Part shown: piece after piece, positions 1-10,358 of the stretch | Layout of the letters: the number at the start of each line of letters is the position of its first letter | Numbering within the stretch: position 1 is the first letter of the stretch | DNA from: Oligoflexales bacterium | Lineage (GTDB): Bacteria > Bdellovibrionota_B > Oligoflexia > Oligoflexales > CAIYRB01 | Length of the DNA: 64,000 nt | Reading direction: 5' to 3' | NCBI GenBank assembly: GCA_041736175.1 | Contig: JBGSUI010000148.1 | Location: 63,640-127,639, forward strand | Translations under genes and position numbers: made by a program | The notes under the pieces: model-generated | What the model saw: the letters and a program-made list of their open reading frames with translations, nothing else | Told to the model about the DNA's origin: nothing | Database searches by the model: none

Positions 1-792
1 ATCATCGACCAACCAGAGGGATCCTCCCGGAAAATCCAAGCGGGCTAAATAGAATATCGAGTCTTTGGCGCCGATCACTCCTTCCACGATGGTCCCCGCG
101 AATTCATCGAGCCGGACTGGCGGTTCCAGACCTGTCATGATTTCACCAAGGGGACCCTGGGCCACCATCCGCCCCTGGTCGATAACCATAAGGTGATCTG
201 CGAGACGGACGATCTCATCTGCAGAATGTGTGACATAGAGGATGGGAATCTCCCGAAGCTGGTGCAGCCTCTCTAAATAGGGGAGGATTTCCTGTTTTCG
301 ACTAAAATCCAGGGACGCAAGTGGTTCGTCCATCAGAAGGAGGCGTGGGCTTAGGGCCACAGCCCTTGCGATGGCCGCTCTCTGGCGCTCTCCCCCTGAG
401 AGCTTGGCAGGTTTTCGACTGAGAAGGGGGCTAAGGTCTAATAGATCAATCGCCTGTTCCAGATTTTTGGGTTCCGCAGCGGCCATCCTCTTAAGGCCGT
501 AGCGTAGATTGTCGAGGACGGAGAGGTGGGCAAAAAGGCTAGCTTCTTGGAAGACATATCCAAGGGATCTTTGATGGGGAGGTTTCCATTGCTCTGCATC
601 TTGCCATACTTCGCCCCCGACCCTAAGCCGACCTACCACACGCTCTAAGCCGGCGATGCAACGCAGGATCGTTGTCTTTCCAGATCCCGATGGACCAAAC
701 AAAGCGGTGACTCCGCGGGCTGGGAATGCCAGCTTCACGTCCAAGACAAATCCAGGTCTTTTAAGGTAGAAATCTCCATGAATGCCATCCAT
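1..792 (-). CDS. modC: Molybdate ABC transporter ATP-binding subunit (3' end runs off the window)
   Basis: Not in the ORF track. Manual minus-strand translation from ATG at 792 gives MDGIHGDFYLKRPGFVLDVKLAFPARGVTALFGPSGSGKTTILRCIAGLER (Walker A), followed by LSGGERQR and LLMDEP motifs. It lies directly after modB. Confidence 0.93.
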   Translation of the reverse strand, partial: MDGIHGDFYLKRPGFVLDVKLAFPARGVTALFGPSGSGKTTILRCIAGLERVVGRLRVGGEVWQDAEQWKPPHQRSLGYVFQEASLFAHLSVLDNLRYGLKRMAAAEPKNLEQAIDLLDLSPLLSRKPAKLSGGERQRAAIARAVALSPRLLLMDEPLASLDFSRKQEILPYLERLHQLREIPILYVTHSADEIVRLADHLMVIDQGRMVAQGPLGEIMTGLEPPVRLDEFAGTIVEGVIGAKDSIFYLARLDFPGGSLWLVDD

Positions 793-793
793 C

Positions 794-1510
794 TCAAGAC
801 TCCCTTGAGGTACGAGGGAGCCACATATAGAGACCGAGCAAAACTATAAATGAAAAAAACATCATAAACAGCGCAAGGTGATGGGCCGCTTGGTACTCCA
901 AAGCTTCCACATGGTCATAAATCTGCACGGACGCCACCCGGGTCACCCCTGGCAGGTTGCCTCCGATCATCAGGACCACGCCGAATTCTCCCACGGTATG
1001 GGCAAAGGTAAGCACACAAGCGTTTATAAACCCAGGAAAAGCAAGGGGGATGGCAACCGTAAAAAAGGCGTCAAGGGGCGAAGCACGCAGGGTGGCCGCA
1101 GCCTCCAGGGGTCGATCTCCTATGGCTTCAAAGGCAGTTTGTAAGGGTTGGACCATAAAAGGTAGCGAATAAATCACCGACGCCACCACAAGTCCTCCAA
1201 AAGAAAACGGCCATGGAGCAAAACCCAAGGCTTGGGTCAGCTTTCCGACCATCCCCGCAGGGCCCATGGCCATCAGCAGATAAAAACCCAGGACCGAGGG
1301 AGGCAAGACAAGAGGCAGGGCCACGACGGCTCCAAGGACTCCCTTCCAAGCTGATTTGGTGCGGGCCAGCCACCAGGCCACGGGGGTGCCTATCACGAGG
1401 AGAATCAGGGTCACCGTGCTTGCAAGGCGAATGGTGAGTCCTATGGATTCAAGATCACTTTTGCTTAAGACAGAATCAAGGGTGAAGGGAAAGTGGCAGC
1501 ACTCAAGCAT
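794..1510 (-). CDS. modB: Molybdate ABC transporter permease
   Basis: Contains [15 protein letters not shown], the EAA loop ([11 protein letters not shown]) and [17 protein letters not shown]. The start is probably the ATG at 1510 overlapping the modA stop (TGATG); the ORF track extends to 1558. Confidence 0.93.
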   Translation of the reverse strand: MLECCHFPFTLDSVLSKSDLESIGLTIRLASTVTLILLVIGTPVAWWLARTKSAWKGVLGAVVALPLVLPPSVLGFYLLMAMGPAGMVGKLTQALGFAPWPFSFGGLVVASVIYSLPFMVQPLQTAFEAIGDRPLEAAATLRASPLDAFFTVAIPLAFPGFINACVLTFAHTVGEFGVVLMIGGNLPGVTRVASVQIYDHVEALEYQAAHHLALFMMFFSFIVLLGLYMWLPRTSRES

Positions 1511-2331
1511 CAGAGAACTTTCTTGGCCGTCTGGGCTCCAACGGGGGTAAAGCCCCATTGTTTCATTGTGTCGCGGGCAGTGGGGCTTTCGAAAAAGGCG
1601 GCGAAGGACCGTGCAAGGGAGCTGTTTTTAGCATGTTTTGTGATGACAAATCCCTGTTCCAGGGTCTTATGGAGGCTGTCTGGTATCAGTGCATTGCCCC
1701 CTTTAGCGGCCAGGTCAGGGTGCAAGACCAAGGCTAAGGCAAGGATCCCAATCTGGGCGTTGCCGGTTTGGACATACTGAGCTGTTTGGGCGATGTTCTC
1801 ACCATAGATGAGTTTAGACTGAACCATGTCCCAGACCCCCGCAGCGGTGAGGGCTTCCTGGGCGCGCTTGCCATAGGGTGCATGTTTAGGGTTGGCGATG
1901 GCGATCCGGGTGATTTTTGGGTCCCTGAGACTTTCCAAAGTCATCCTTGAGGCATCAAGGTTGGCACTCCATAACACTATGCGACCATAGGCGTAAGTTT
2001 TAACTTCAGAAACCGCTAGGTTTTTCGTGACTAAGGCGCGCGGATAGCTGATATCAGCCGAAAAAAACAGGTCGTAAGGCGCCCCTTGTTCGATCTGGCT
2101 CATAAACTTTCCAGAGGATCCATAGACCACCTCAATAGTATCCGTGGGATGATCTTTTTTAAAGGTTGCAACGACTGCATCCATCGCAAATTTAAGGTCT
2201 GCGGCAGCTGCAATCGTCAGTTTGTCGGCTCCATAGACAGCACTGGAGATTCCCAACAAGATGCCCCAAAAGACACCCCAAAAAACTCCCCAAAAAACTC
2301 CCCAAAAAACTCCAATGATCGGTCCCCCCAT
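1510..2331 (-). CDS. modA: Molybdate ABC transporter substrate-binding protein
   Basis: Contains [23 protein letters not shown] and [15 protein letters not shown]; hydrophobic signal peptide. Confidence 0.95.
   Translation of the reverse strand: MGGPIIGVFWGVFWGVFWGVFWGILLGISSAVYGADKLTIAAAADLKFAMDAVVATFKKDHPTDTIEVVYGSSGKFMSQIEQGAPYDLFFSADISYPRALVTKNLAVSEVKTYAYGRIVLWSANLDASRMTLESLRDPKITRIAIANPKHAPYGKRAQEALTAAGVWDMVQSKLIYGENIAQTAQYVQTGNAQIGILALALVLHPDLAAKGGNALIPDSLHKTLEQGFVITKHAKNSSLARSFAAFFESPTARDTMKQWGFTPVGAQTAKKVL
2264..2311. repeat. 4 x 12-bp tandem repeat (CCCCAAAAAACT, one variant copy) encoding GVFW repeats in the ModA signal peptide
   Basis: Read directly: CCCCAAAAGACA CCCCAAAAAACT CCCCAAAAAACT CCCCAAAAAACT. 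Confidence 0.95.
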
Positions 2332-2409
2332 GACTTTAGCCCCTTTGCAAATCGACCTGGTTCCGACGTTCTTTTTAGTTTAAATGGGTCCTATGGGCAA
2401 CAGCGATCA

Positions 2410-4257
2410 TTATGCAGCCTTAGTGAGGCTTTCCACGGACTGCTGGAGCGCCTTGATGGCGAGCATTGCCTGGTCATCGACGCGGGTTCCGGAGTCTTTG
2501 GCGAGGAAATGGATGATTTCTTGGAGGTCTTGGGTCTGTCTGGTCATGGTGTTTAAATCGTTGCTAATCTTTTTAAGGATTCGTGGACTAGCGCCCAAGC
2601 CGTCGCTAAGGGTGACAAGGGTATCGCCGGGTTTTAAGGCAAGGGTGGTTGGCGTCAGATTTAATCTAGGGGTCAAGCCCACCACCGAGGCACGCGTGAG
2701 GTGATGTTTGGTCCCTTTCGACGAGGCCAGGTACCAGCCTAGTCCCCCAGCATTATAGAGCTGGGCGGATCCATCCAGGGAGATGCTCGCCCCCGAACAG
2801 GTGGTCAGCATCTTGGTTTGAAACATTTCGTATAGGCAGCTATTGATCTCATGCATACAGTCTCTGGCATTTTGGTCTTTTTGGGAGGAATAGTCGACCA
2901 CAGATGCGATCATTGCGACTGCAAGGGCTGCCTGGGGCCCTTTGCCCGTCACATCTCCAAGTAAAAAATGGACTGTTCCATCTCGGGTCACCCACTGGTG
3001 GAGCCAATCTCCTGACATTTGAGATTCAAAAGGTCGATAGAAAAACTGGTACTCTAGTTGGAAATGATTTCCCGCCAGCTTTTTAGGAAGCAGTAGGTTT
3101 TGGACACTGCTTCCTAAGAGGACAGAACTTTCTAGGATCGCCTTAGCTTGATCTTCCTCTTTGGCAACATAGCCTACGATGATCGACATAGTTGTGGTGA
3201 CCATAATAAGGATCAGCAACTGGTAGAGCATGGTAAGCTGGTTGAAAGGAATGATACCCATATACATGAGTTGAACGATAAAAATTCCCATAATATTTGG
3301 CAAATTTGCCACAAAGAAAATCGACCAATACCTGGACACCGAGACTTGGTGCGCATAAATGATGGTACTGGAAAAAATGATGGTTTGTGCTAAATAGAAC
3401 CAAAGTAATATTTCGGTCATATACTGAAAGTAGGCCGTCCCCAAAAGACCCAGGCAGAAATTTATGCAAATCTGAATGAGTGAAAAGCTATTTAATTTAT
3501 TGTTTTCTTGTGTTCTTAAAAAATAGATTACAAAAAGCCAATAACAGCAAAAGGAGAGGCTAACGAGTAAAGGTAGAATTTTTATAGAAGTTGCAACCAT
3601 AAAACCTGGAGTATCTAAGGGAAATCCTAGAACTATCAACAGAGAATAGGCCAAACAAAGCTGTCCCAATACATAATAAACAACGAACCTTTGTCTTAGG
3701 AGCAGGAAAAATAGGAGAGTGAATCCCCATATAGTCGCAAATGTGACTAAAAACATTTTGACAATGGTCTCGACTAAGTTCATGTGATTTTGGTAGTCAA
3801 TTTCTGTATCTATTTGCCATGCCAGTGAGATAGGCACGCCGTGGAGGGTGGTGTCGATGAGGTAAGTGTTGGTTCCTGGAGGGATCTCTAGGGCAAAGAC
3901 CGGGTGGTTAAGGTGCTGATTTTTTGTTTGGGATGCGATAAGTCCTGTTTGCATAAGTGGTCTGGTGGTGCCAGCGTGGTCTAGCTTGGCCTCCATAAGG
4001 GGGTAATAATTCCATAACAGGCGTTTTTGGGTCGTAGGTGAATTGTTTTTTATGACCAAAGTGGTCCGGTGGACCGAGGTTGAAGTCCCTACAGCTTTTT
4101 TCACACTTAACTCGGTGTACAATTCGATAAAAACCGGATTTTTTATCAGATGGCCGTCTTGGTCGATGACAACATCAATCTCCTTGGCGAGAGCTTGGGG
4201 TCCTTGCTCTAACAACCCTAGGAGGACAAGCAGCAAACTCAGTTTAAGATTGGTCAT
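2410..4257 (-). CDS. 7TMR-DISM-type membrane sensor with SpoIIE/PP2C phosphatase domain
   Basis: Signal peptide, extracellular beta region and about 7 TM helices, then PP2C motifs SGDW, GDVTGKG, SDG and DDQA. Confidence 0.82.
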   Translation of the reverse strand: MTNLKLSLLLVLLGLLEQGPQALAKEIDVVIDQDGHLIKNPVFIELYTELSVKKAVGTSTSVHRTTLVIKNNSPTTQKRLLWNYYPLMEAKLDHAGTTRPLMQTGLIASQTKNQHLNHPVFALEIPPGTNTYLIDTTLHGVPISLAWQIDTEIDYQNHMNLVETIVKMFLVTFATIWGFTLLFFLLLRQRFVVYYVLGQLCLAYSLLIVLGFPLDTPGFMVATSIKILPLLVSLSFCCYWLFVIYFLRTQENNKLNSFSLIQICINFCLGLLGTAYFQYMTEILLWFYLAQTIIFSSTIIYAHQVSVSRYWSIFFVANLPNIMGIFIVQLMYMGIIPFNQLTMLYQLLILIMVTTTMSIIVGYVAKEEDQAKAILESSVLLGSSVQNLLLPKKLAGNHFQLEYQFFYRPFESQMSGDWLHQWVTRDGTVHFLLGDVTGKGPQAALAVAMIASVVDYSSQKDQNARDCMHEINSCLYEMFQTKMLTTCSGASISLDGSAQLYNAGGLGWYLASSKGTKHHLTRASVVGLTPRLNLTPTTLALKPGDTLVTLSDGLGASPRILKKISNDLNTMTRQTQDLQEIIHFLAKDSGTRVDDQAMLAIKALQQSVESLTKAA

Positions 4258-4337
4258 ATCAAGATGTCGGTATCTTTTTGAAGGCCGTTAATCCCTTGGT
4301 GACTTGGTCTTTCCAAAACGAAAAAAATGGTTGTTAT

Positions 4338-4365
4338 TAAAGGGTGATAGGAAAAATCCCGATAG
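4338..4365 (+). promoter_or_regulatory. Sigma28/FliA-like promoter
   Basis: TAAA-N16-CCCGATAG upstream of the gene at ~4411. Confidence 0.5.
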
Positions 4366-4410
4366 CTAAGACGTGGTATAAGAATCTTGGAAGATCCTAG
4401 GGGTAAGGGA

Positions 4411-6303
4411 TTGAGGGTGAAAAAGTTTTGTTTCATTATTTTTATTTTAATAGGGGTGCTCGCGGCGCAAAGCACCGGATATCGCCCCGACCCGGAGAGC
4501 AAATTCGTATTGATTCCTCTCGATACAACCCAGCAGTTCGTCCAAGATAAAATCTTTGCCATTAAACATCTCGGCTTAGAAAAAACCGATAGGATAGAAA
4601 CTTTCCTTAAAAATAAAGAGACCGCATCCTATAAAGCCACAGACGTGAACCTAGACTTTATGTATCGCGGACCGGTGTGGTTTCGCCTGGATTTTTTCAG
4701 TAGCCTGCCCCGAGTACAAAAGATGACGTTGGCCAACGATCGGCCGCTTTATCATGTTTTATTAGTCGATGACCGAGGGGTTAGGAGAGAATTTAAACCA
4801 GATGACTATAGGCTGAAAAATACAGTAAAACCGTTTTTTGATATCGAAGTCCCACCAGGTTTTTCGTCGATATATATGCGTCTCGACACCACGGGCCAGG
4901 TCTCCACCCTCGCTTGGAGGATTTTGGGGACCGAAACCTTTAGGCGGGAGAATACCAATCCAGAAAACGATATAGTCCTATGGATTGCGCCAATCTTTTT
5001 AAGTCTCTACCTCGCGGTCTTTTTTGTCGTCTTTGGGGTGTATCAATACTGTTATTTGATCTTGGGGATTCTGAGCCTCTTGAGTCTTATGATGATTTTG
5101 GGGGGCTACTACCCACTGGCTTTTTTTCCAGATTTTTTCAAATTGGGTAACAGCCTTCCCTTGATTTTGGCATTAGCCATGGCTGGGTTTAACCACTTTT
5201 TTCGGTTTTTGCACAATATAACTTTCAAAAACCAAACGTTTTTAGCCCTTGTGAGCAGTTTTTTTTCGTTAACTTATTTAGTCCTGGGGATTTGGGCTAC
5301 GATTTTTCCTGAGCGGGCGGAGTCTTGGATGATTACGCCTGTAATCCTAGGTTCTCTCTTTAATCACATTTACGCCAATTACTACAAATCTAAACATCGA
5401 TTAAAGCTCTCTTTAGCCTATTCGCTGTGCTTCCCTCCACTCACCTTTGGGGCGATTGCTTTGGGTCTTCAGTATTTGGGTTTTATTCCCTATTTTCCCC
5501 AACTCCTCGACTTTCAATTTTTAGCGGTCATTTACTTTTTGATGTTGATGTCTTTGGTCATTGGCTTAAATGTACACCAGGAAAAGATCGTCAACGCTCA
5601 CCTCAAACAGGAGATGATTCTGGGACGAAGTGTTCAGGAACTCTTTATTCCTTTAAAACTAGAGGTTGACGAATCAGATCTTAACTTTAAATACCGCTAT
5701 CAGCCATTCTACGGCATGATGTCAGGGGACTGGGTTAAGAGTTGGGCGACCCAAGATGGCAAACGGCATTTTTTGATCGGCGATGTCGCAGGGAAAGGTC
5801 CCCAGGCCGCCTTAGCGGTCGGTGTGATTGCCGTGACGATTCACCTCGCTATGCGCCATAATCAGTCCTTAGAAGACTGCCTTAAAGCAATCAATGGTGT
5901 CTTGTATAGAATATTTGGTGGCGTATTGACCACTAAAGCGACCGGAGTAACGATCACACCCCATCACCGACTTTATGTCTATAATGCCGGTGGGACTGGC
6001 TGCTACAAAATTTATGGCAACCGCGTCCAGCATCTGCTCACACCAGGACCCGTGCTGGGTCGGGTGGCTCAAGTTACCTTTGATCGCCTTGAATCCTATC
6101 TTGGCGATAAGGAGATCCTCATAAGTTATACCGATGGCTTTGCTCCCTTTTACAAATCGATACGAAAAATGCTGAAGCATTTTGCCCAAGATTCTTCGGA
6201 CCGGGATGGAACAAAACTCATCGACCTTATGATGGAACGAACTCTGACACCTAATCCCAAAGATGGGGATGATAAGGCTGTCATGGTAATTGCTAAAAAA
6301 TAG
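4411..6303 (+). CDS. 7TMR-DISM-type membrane sensor with SpoIIE/PP2C phosphatase domain (paralogue of 2410-4257)
   Basis: PVWFRL extracellular motif, about 7 TMs, then SGDW, GDVAGKGPQAALAV, TDG and DDKA. Start uncertain (4387, 4411 or 4417). Confidence 0.82.
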   Translation: MRVKKFCFIIFILIGVLAAQSTGYRPDPESKFVLIPLDTTQQFVQDKIFAIKHLGLEKTDRIETFLKNKETASYKATDVNLDFMYRGPVWFRLDFFSSLPRVQKMTLANDRPLYHVLLVDDRGVRREFKPDDYRLKNTVKPFFDIEVPPGFSSIYMRLDTTGQVSTLAWRILGTETFRRENTNPENDIVLWIAPIFLSLYLAVFFVVFGVYQYCYLILGILSLLSLMMILGGYYPLAFFPDFFKLGNSLPLILALAMAGFNHFFRFLHNITFKNQTFLALVSSFFSLTYLVLGIWATIFPERAESWMITPVILGSLFNHIYANYYKSKHRLKLSLAYSLCFPPLTFGAIALGLQYLGFIPYFPQLLDFQFLAVIYFLMLMSLVIGLNVHQEKIVNAHLKQEMILGRSVQELFIPLKLEVDESDLNFKYRYQPFYGMMSGDWVKSWATQDGKRHFLIGDVAGKGPQAALAVGVIAVTIHLAMRHNQSLEDCLKAINGVLYRIFGGVLTTKATGVTITPHHRLYVYNAGGTGCYKIYGNRVQHLLTPGPVLGRVAQVTFDRLESYLGDKEILISYTDGFAPFYKSIRKMLKHFAQDSSDRDGTKLIDLMMERTLTPNPKDGDDKAVMVIAKK

Positions 6304-6316
6304 GCTGTCTTTGTCT

Positions 6317-7057
6317 TCACACGGGATCGACCAGATCGCTGCTGACCATAGGATATTCCCGGTGCTTTGAGGGTCCTTTGTAGACTTCCTGGGAGAGGAA
6401 TATCCGCTCTTCTTCTATTTTTGATTCTGGTAGTATGATGGTCCAGCAGCGAGTTTCCGCGTCCCAAAAATATCCCCGGCGTTTGAGGATATCTTTGCTT
6501 TCAAAAGGTGACTGTAGGGCTCGTAGGGTAAACTCTTTTTCATAGCTCCGGGCGATCAGCTCCCCTAAGTAAGGGCTGACGAGCCTAAAGGTGGTAGCAC
6601 AGTCAAAGAGGGCTCGATGGGCAAAGGGATTTAGAAACCCATGGTCCGCCGCAAGGTAGGTGAGGCCTAAATGGCGAGAGCCGTGGCTTCGCCAATCTAT
6701 ATGCCGCATGGAGCAGGCCCAATGGGTGGAGATGCCTTGGAGTTGTCCCGATGCTTGGACAAATTTGCGGTCAAAGTCTGCGTTGTGGGCGATGATCACC
6801 GAGGCCCTCTCCACCATATCTCTCACCAAGGGCCAATCGATGCGCCGGTTCTTGACCAGCGCGTCAGTCAGTCCCGTGATCTTGGTGATTTCAGCAGAGA
6901 TGGGGGTTCCGGGGTCTTCCAGACCGCTGTAGCACTGAATCACATGGGGGAGTTCCGCACCATCCACGGCGAATTCAAGGACGCCAATCTCGATGATTTT
7001 GTCTTTGCTAGGATCGATTCCCGTGGTTTCCACATCTAGGACAAGTCCATAATCCAT
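6317..7057 (-). CDS. DEDDh 3'-5' exonuclease (DNA polymerase III epsilon-like)
   Basis: LDVETTG (ExoI), AHNADFD (ExoII) and HRALFD (ExoIII). Confidence 0.9.
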   Translation of the reverse strand: MDYGLVLDVETTGIDPSKDKIIEIGVLEFAVDGAELPHVIQCYSGLEDPGTPISAEITKITGLTDALVKNRRIDWPLVRDMVERASVIIAHNADFDRKFVQASGQLQGISTHWACSMRHIDWRSHGSRHLGLTYLAADHGFLNPFAHRALFDCATTFRLVSPYLGELIARSYEKEFTLRALQSPFESKDILKRRGYFWDAETRCWTIILPESKIEEERIFLSQEVYKGPSKHREYPMVSSDLVDPV

Positions 7058-7359
7058 TGCAATCCCTTTCTTAACCTAAACCCTTTACGACTCTGCCATT
7101 GTGAGTGACATCTATCACAGGACCCAGAGGACTTCCACGGGAAAGTCCGCTCCTCACCAATTAAGCTTCGAACCTTCTTTGTCATATAAACAGTATTTTT
7201 GAATTAAGTGAGATTTCGTACAGGACGTCGATCTAGACATCCTCTCCGTCCGGAGTTACCCTTAAAGGAGGCACGCCTAGCGTAGCACTCTTCTTTTTGG
7301 ACCGATGCCATTTTCATCTTCCCACCATAAACCACGCAAGACTTGTCGAGGGCTTATCT

Positions 7360-9411
7360 ATGACTTCCTCTGCCCATAAGCTGGGAGGTGTACAACGAGT
7401 TGAAAAAACATCGGACCAACTCCAGGGTAAAGTCGCTGTCTTAGAAACACTCGATGATTTTATTCGGACGATGGCCATCCATCCAAAGTTTAGGGCTTTT
7501 CAAATCACCACTCGAAACAGTGATATGGTCACCATCAGTCGCGATGGCTTGAGCCAAACCTATCTCTTTCATACCTGCTGGGCAAACCTCGAGCGGAGGA
7601 TGCCCTTTTTAGAGCGGTCGGGCGGCGACAGCCATGCAGTGATCTGTGTGGGGTCGGCAGAAGAACTCGATGAGTTTCCCGAGGACTTAAGGCGACCCGA
7701 TATCCAACAACTAGGTGTCCCTATCTCTGAACTTAACCTTCTTTCGGTGATCAATAGCATCCATAACCTTTTAACTATGGCTCAACATTCCAATGCGGCA
7801 GCTCTAGAGATTGAGGAAGCCAATAATAATGTCAAATATATGCTTTCCATCTCTAGGGAGCTCAACGGTGAGAGGGACATCCCCAAACTCTTGACCATGA
7901 TTCTTAGCAAAGCCCGCGATATCTGTAGTGCCGATGCGGGTTCGATCTATACCGTGGACTCGCCGACCCAAAGTGTGAAAGATGGAACGATCCAGTTTAG
8001 GTTTACCCAAAATTTTTCTATTAAACAAAATCTCACCGAATTTTCTATGCCGGTCAACGTGGGGTCGATTGTTGGCAACGTTTGTATCCACGAGTCGACC
8101 ATCAATATCCCTGACCTTTACAAGCTTTCTCCAGACCATACTAAAAACCCCTATGGTGCCCGCCATGACCGGACTTGGGATCAGCGCATCGGCTATGAGT
8201 CCCACTCGATGCTCGCTGTTCCGATGTTTGATATCAGTCATAATGTGATTGGTGTGATTCAGCTCATCAATCGCAAAAAAGACCGCGGCGCCAAACTTAT
8301 CCAGTCTGATCACTTCCGTGACCAGGTAATCCCCTTTGATGAGATCGACCAAGAAGTCGCCGAGATCGTGGCCCAGCAAGCAGGGATCGCCCTTGAAAAT
8401 GCCAATATGCAGCAGAATATAAGGGACCTCTTCGATGGATTTGTGAATGCGTCGGTGACCGCCATCGAACAACGGGATCCTACCACCAGTGGTCATTCCC
8501 ACCGTGTGGCCCACCTTACTGTAGAGCTCGCCAAGGTGGTCAATCGGATCGACACAGGCACCTTTCGCTTGACCCATTTTAACGACGATCAGCTCCAAGA
8601 AATTCGCTATGCAAGCCTTCTCCACGATTTTGGCAAACTGGGGGTGCGTGAAAATGTCTTGGTCAAAGCCAAAAAACTCTACCCTTGGGAGATGGATAAA
8701 CTCCTGCTGCGCTTTGACCTTATCCGGGCTTCAGTCGAAATCGACTATCTGAAACGGGTGATAGAATACCTTCAAAGCCCGGATCATTTTCCCATGGGGG
8801 CCAGTGCCCTGACCTTTGAGTTCGAAAAAAACCAAAGGATCTCAGAGCTAGACGACGCGCTCCGGTTTATCGTCAAAGCGAACGAGCCCACGGTTTTAGA
8901 GCAGGGAGGATTTGAACGCCTTAAGGACATCGCAAGCTTGGCCTTTAAGACGCCCCGTGGCGAAAAATGCAACTACCTCCAATCCGATGAGCTTAAAGCT
9001 CTTTCGGTTTCTAGGGGCTCTCTGACCCGTGAAGAGTTTGCAGAGATCCAGAGCCACGTGACCCATACCTACGAATTTTTGCGAAAAATCCCCTGGGGGA
9101 AAAAGCTTGCCAATGTTCCTCAAATCGCCGCAAAGCACCACGAAAAACTCGATGGCACCGGTTATCCAACCTCCGCTGAATCAGAGGAGATTCCCCTCCA
9201 GACCCGAATGATGACGATCTCCGATATTTTTGACGCTCTCACTGCCTCGGACCGTCCCTACAAACGCGCAGTGCCTGTCGACCGAGCTCTGGATATCTTA
9301 GAGGTGGAGGTCAAAGCTGGAAAAATCGATGCCCCATTGTTCCAACTTTTTTGTGAATCCAAAATCTTTGTACCCGTGTTAGATCCCAACTTCCAATTCA
9401 GTAAGATCTGA
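7360..9411 (+). CDS. GAF + HD-GYP domain cyclic-dinucleotide phosphodiesterase
   Basis: GAF motif GVIQLINRK..F; GHSHRVA, LHDFGK, HHEKLDGTGYP and DIFDALTASDRPYK. ATG 7360 preferred over TTG 7297. Confidence 0.9.
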   Translation: MTSSAHKLGGVQRVEKTSDQLQGKVAVLETLDDFIRTMAIHPKFRAFQITTRNSDMVTISRDGLSQTYLFHTCWANLERRMPFLERSGGDSHAVICVGSAEELDEFPEDLRRPDIQQLGVPISELNLLSVINSIHNLLTMAQHSNAAALEIEEANNNVKYMLSISRELNGERDIPKLLTMILSKARDICSADAGSIYTVDSPTQSVKDGTIQFRFTQNFSIKQNLTEFSMPVNVGSIVGNVCIHESTINIPDLYKLSPDHTKNPYGARHDRTWDQRIGYESHSMLAVPMFDISHNVIGVIQLINRKKDRGAKLIQSDHFRDQVIPFDEIDQEVAEIVAQQAGIALENANMQQNIRDLFDGFVNASVTAIEQRDPTTSGHSHRVAHLTVELAKVVNRIDTGTFRLTHFNDDQLQEIRYASLLHDFGKLGVRENVLVKAKKLYPWEMDKLLLRFDLIRASVEIDYLKRVIEYLQSPDHFPMGASALTFEFEKNQRISELDDALRFIVKANEPTVLEQGGFERLKDIASLAFKTPRGEKCNYLQSDELKALSVSRGSLTREEFAEIQSHVTHTYEFLRKIPWGKKLANVPQIAAKHHEKLDGTGYPTSAESEEIPLQTRMMTISDIFDALTASDRPYKRAVPVDRALDILEVEVKAGKIDAPLFQLFCESKIFVPVLDPNFQFSKI

Positions 9412-9444
9412 CCTCCACCCCAGTGACTCTTACAATCTACCAGT

Positions 9445-10239
9445 TTAAGCGATAAGATCCATAATCAACGCAATCAAATCCTGAATCGCCGCGACGATTC
9501 CAGCGACGTCGAGATCCGCAGCAGCCGCAGCTAGGTCAGCAAGAGCCGCAGCGAGATCGGCGAGGACTGCAGCATCGGCGAGGGCGGGGAGAGCGACCGG
9601 AAGTGCGACGGGGAGGGCGGCAGCATTAGCCTTGAGGCCCTTTACGGATTTGATCAGATCAACCAAGGTTCCTAAGGCAGCAGGGCCTTGGACAGGTCCC
9701 GCAGCCATGGCACCGACTAAAGAGGTCAATCCACCGGTAAGGCTTTGCATCTGTGCAGGGGTTAGCGCAGCCCCAGAGGACTGCTGCTGGGAGGCGACGG
9801 CTTTTGCAATCTCGCTTTCGACTTGAGCTGTGATGGGTGGAGGTGTCGCGGGCTTGGTGTCCTGGCTCGGGGTTTGGGGGGCCCCAGTCTCTGAAGTCTC
9901 TAAAGTCTCTGATGTTACTGGGGTCGATGTGGTGTGATCCACTGGTTTTGAAGAAGCAGGAGCAGATTCGGAAACAGGTAGAGCTACCGTAGTACCAACA
10001 GTTTCTTGTTTTGACATGCCGGACTCCTGTGGGGCGACGGCATCATCAGATGAAGGGGTTTCACTGGCTTGAGAGGCCACTCTTTTCGGAGTGGGTTGCG
10101 AGGTTGTTTCTGAGCGACCTTCGACCACCACTGGAGTCGAGGGTTGGGACGGGTTGGGCGCACTAGAAAACTGGGTTTTGTCCCCGCACGACGCGAGGAG
10201 CACTGTGAGGCTTGCCGTAAAGATCGTTAGGTTTTTCAT
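9445..10239 (-). CDS. Hypothetical lipoprotein with low-complexity S/T/P linker and amphipathic helical C-terminus
   Basis: Lipobox LLASC; GGAGG RBS before ATG 10239. Confidence 0.7.
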   Translation of the reverse strand: MKNLTIFTASLTVLLASCGDKTQFSSAPNPSQPSTPVVVEGRSETTSQPTPKRVASQASETPSSDDAVAPQESGMSKQETVGTTVALPVSESAPASSKPVDHTTSTPVTSETLETSETGAPQTPSQDTKPATPPPITAQVESEIAKAVASQQQSSGAALTPAQMQSLTGGLTSLVGAMAAGPVQGPAALGTLVDLIKSVKGLKANAAALPVALPVALPALADAAVLADLAAALADLAAAAADLDVAGIVAAIQDLIALIMDLIA

Positions 10240-10267
10240 AAGGTCCTCCATAAAATGACCAAGTGGT

Positions 10268-10294
10268 GCTTCGGCTCCAACTCAAAAAACTTGA
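10268..10294 (-). promoter_or_regulatory. Sigma28/FliA-like promoter
   Basis: TCAA-N15-GCCGAAGC on the minus strand, upstream of ATG 10239. Confidence 0.5.
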
Positions 10295-10358
10295 GAGGGA
10301 TTTCCAAAATCATGGAGAACCACTGTATAACTGATGGTTTGCCCTATGAAAAAACCAG

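Noticed and set aside
2332..2409. Moco riboswitch or ModE box upstream of modA
   Set aside because: The intergenic space is only 78 bp and I could not recognise either element.
7129..7148. Small hairpin GGACTT...AAGTCC between divergent genes
   Set aside because: Short stem, no U-tract and no recognisable RNA family.
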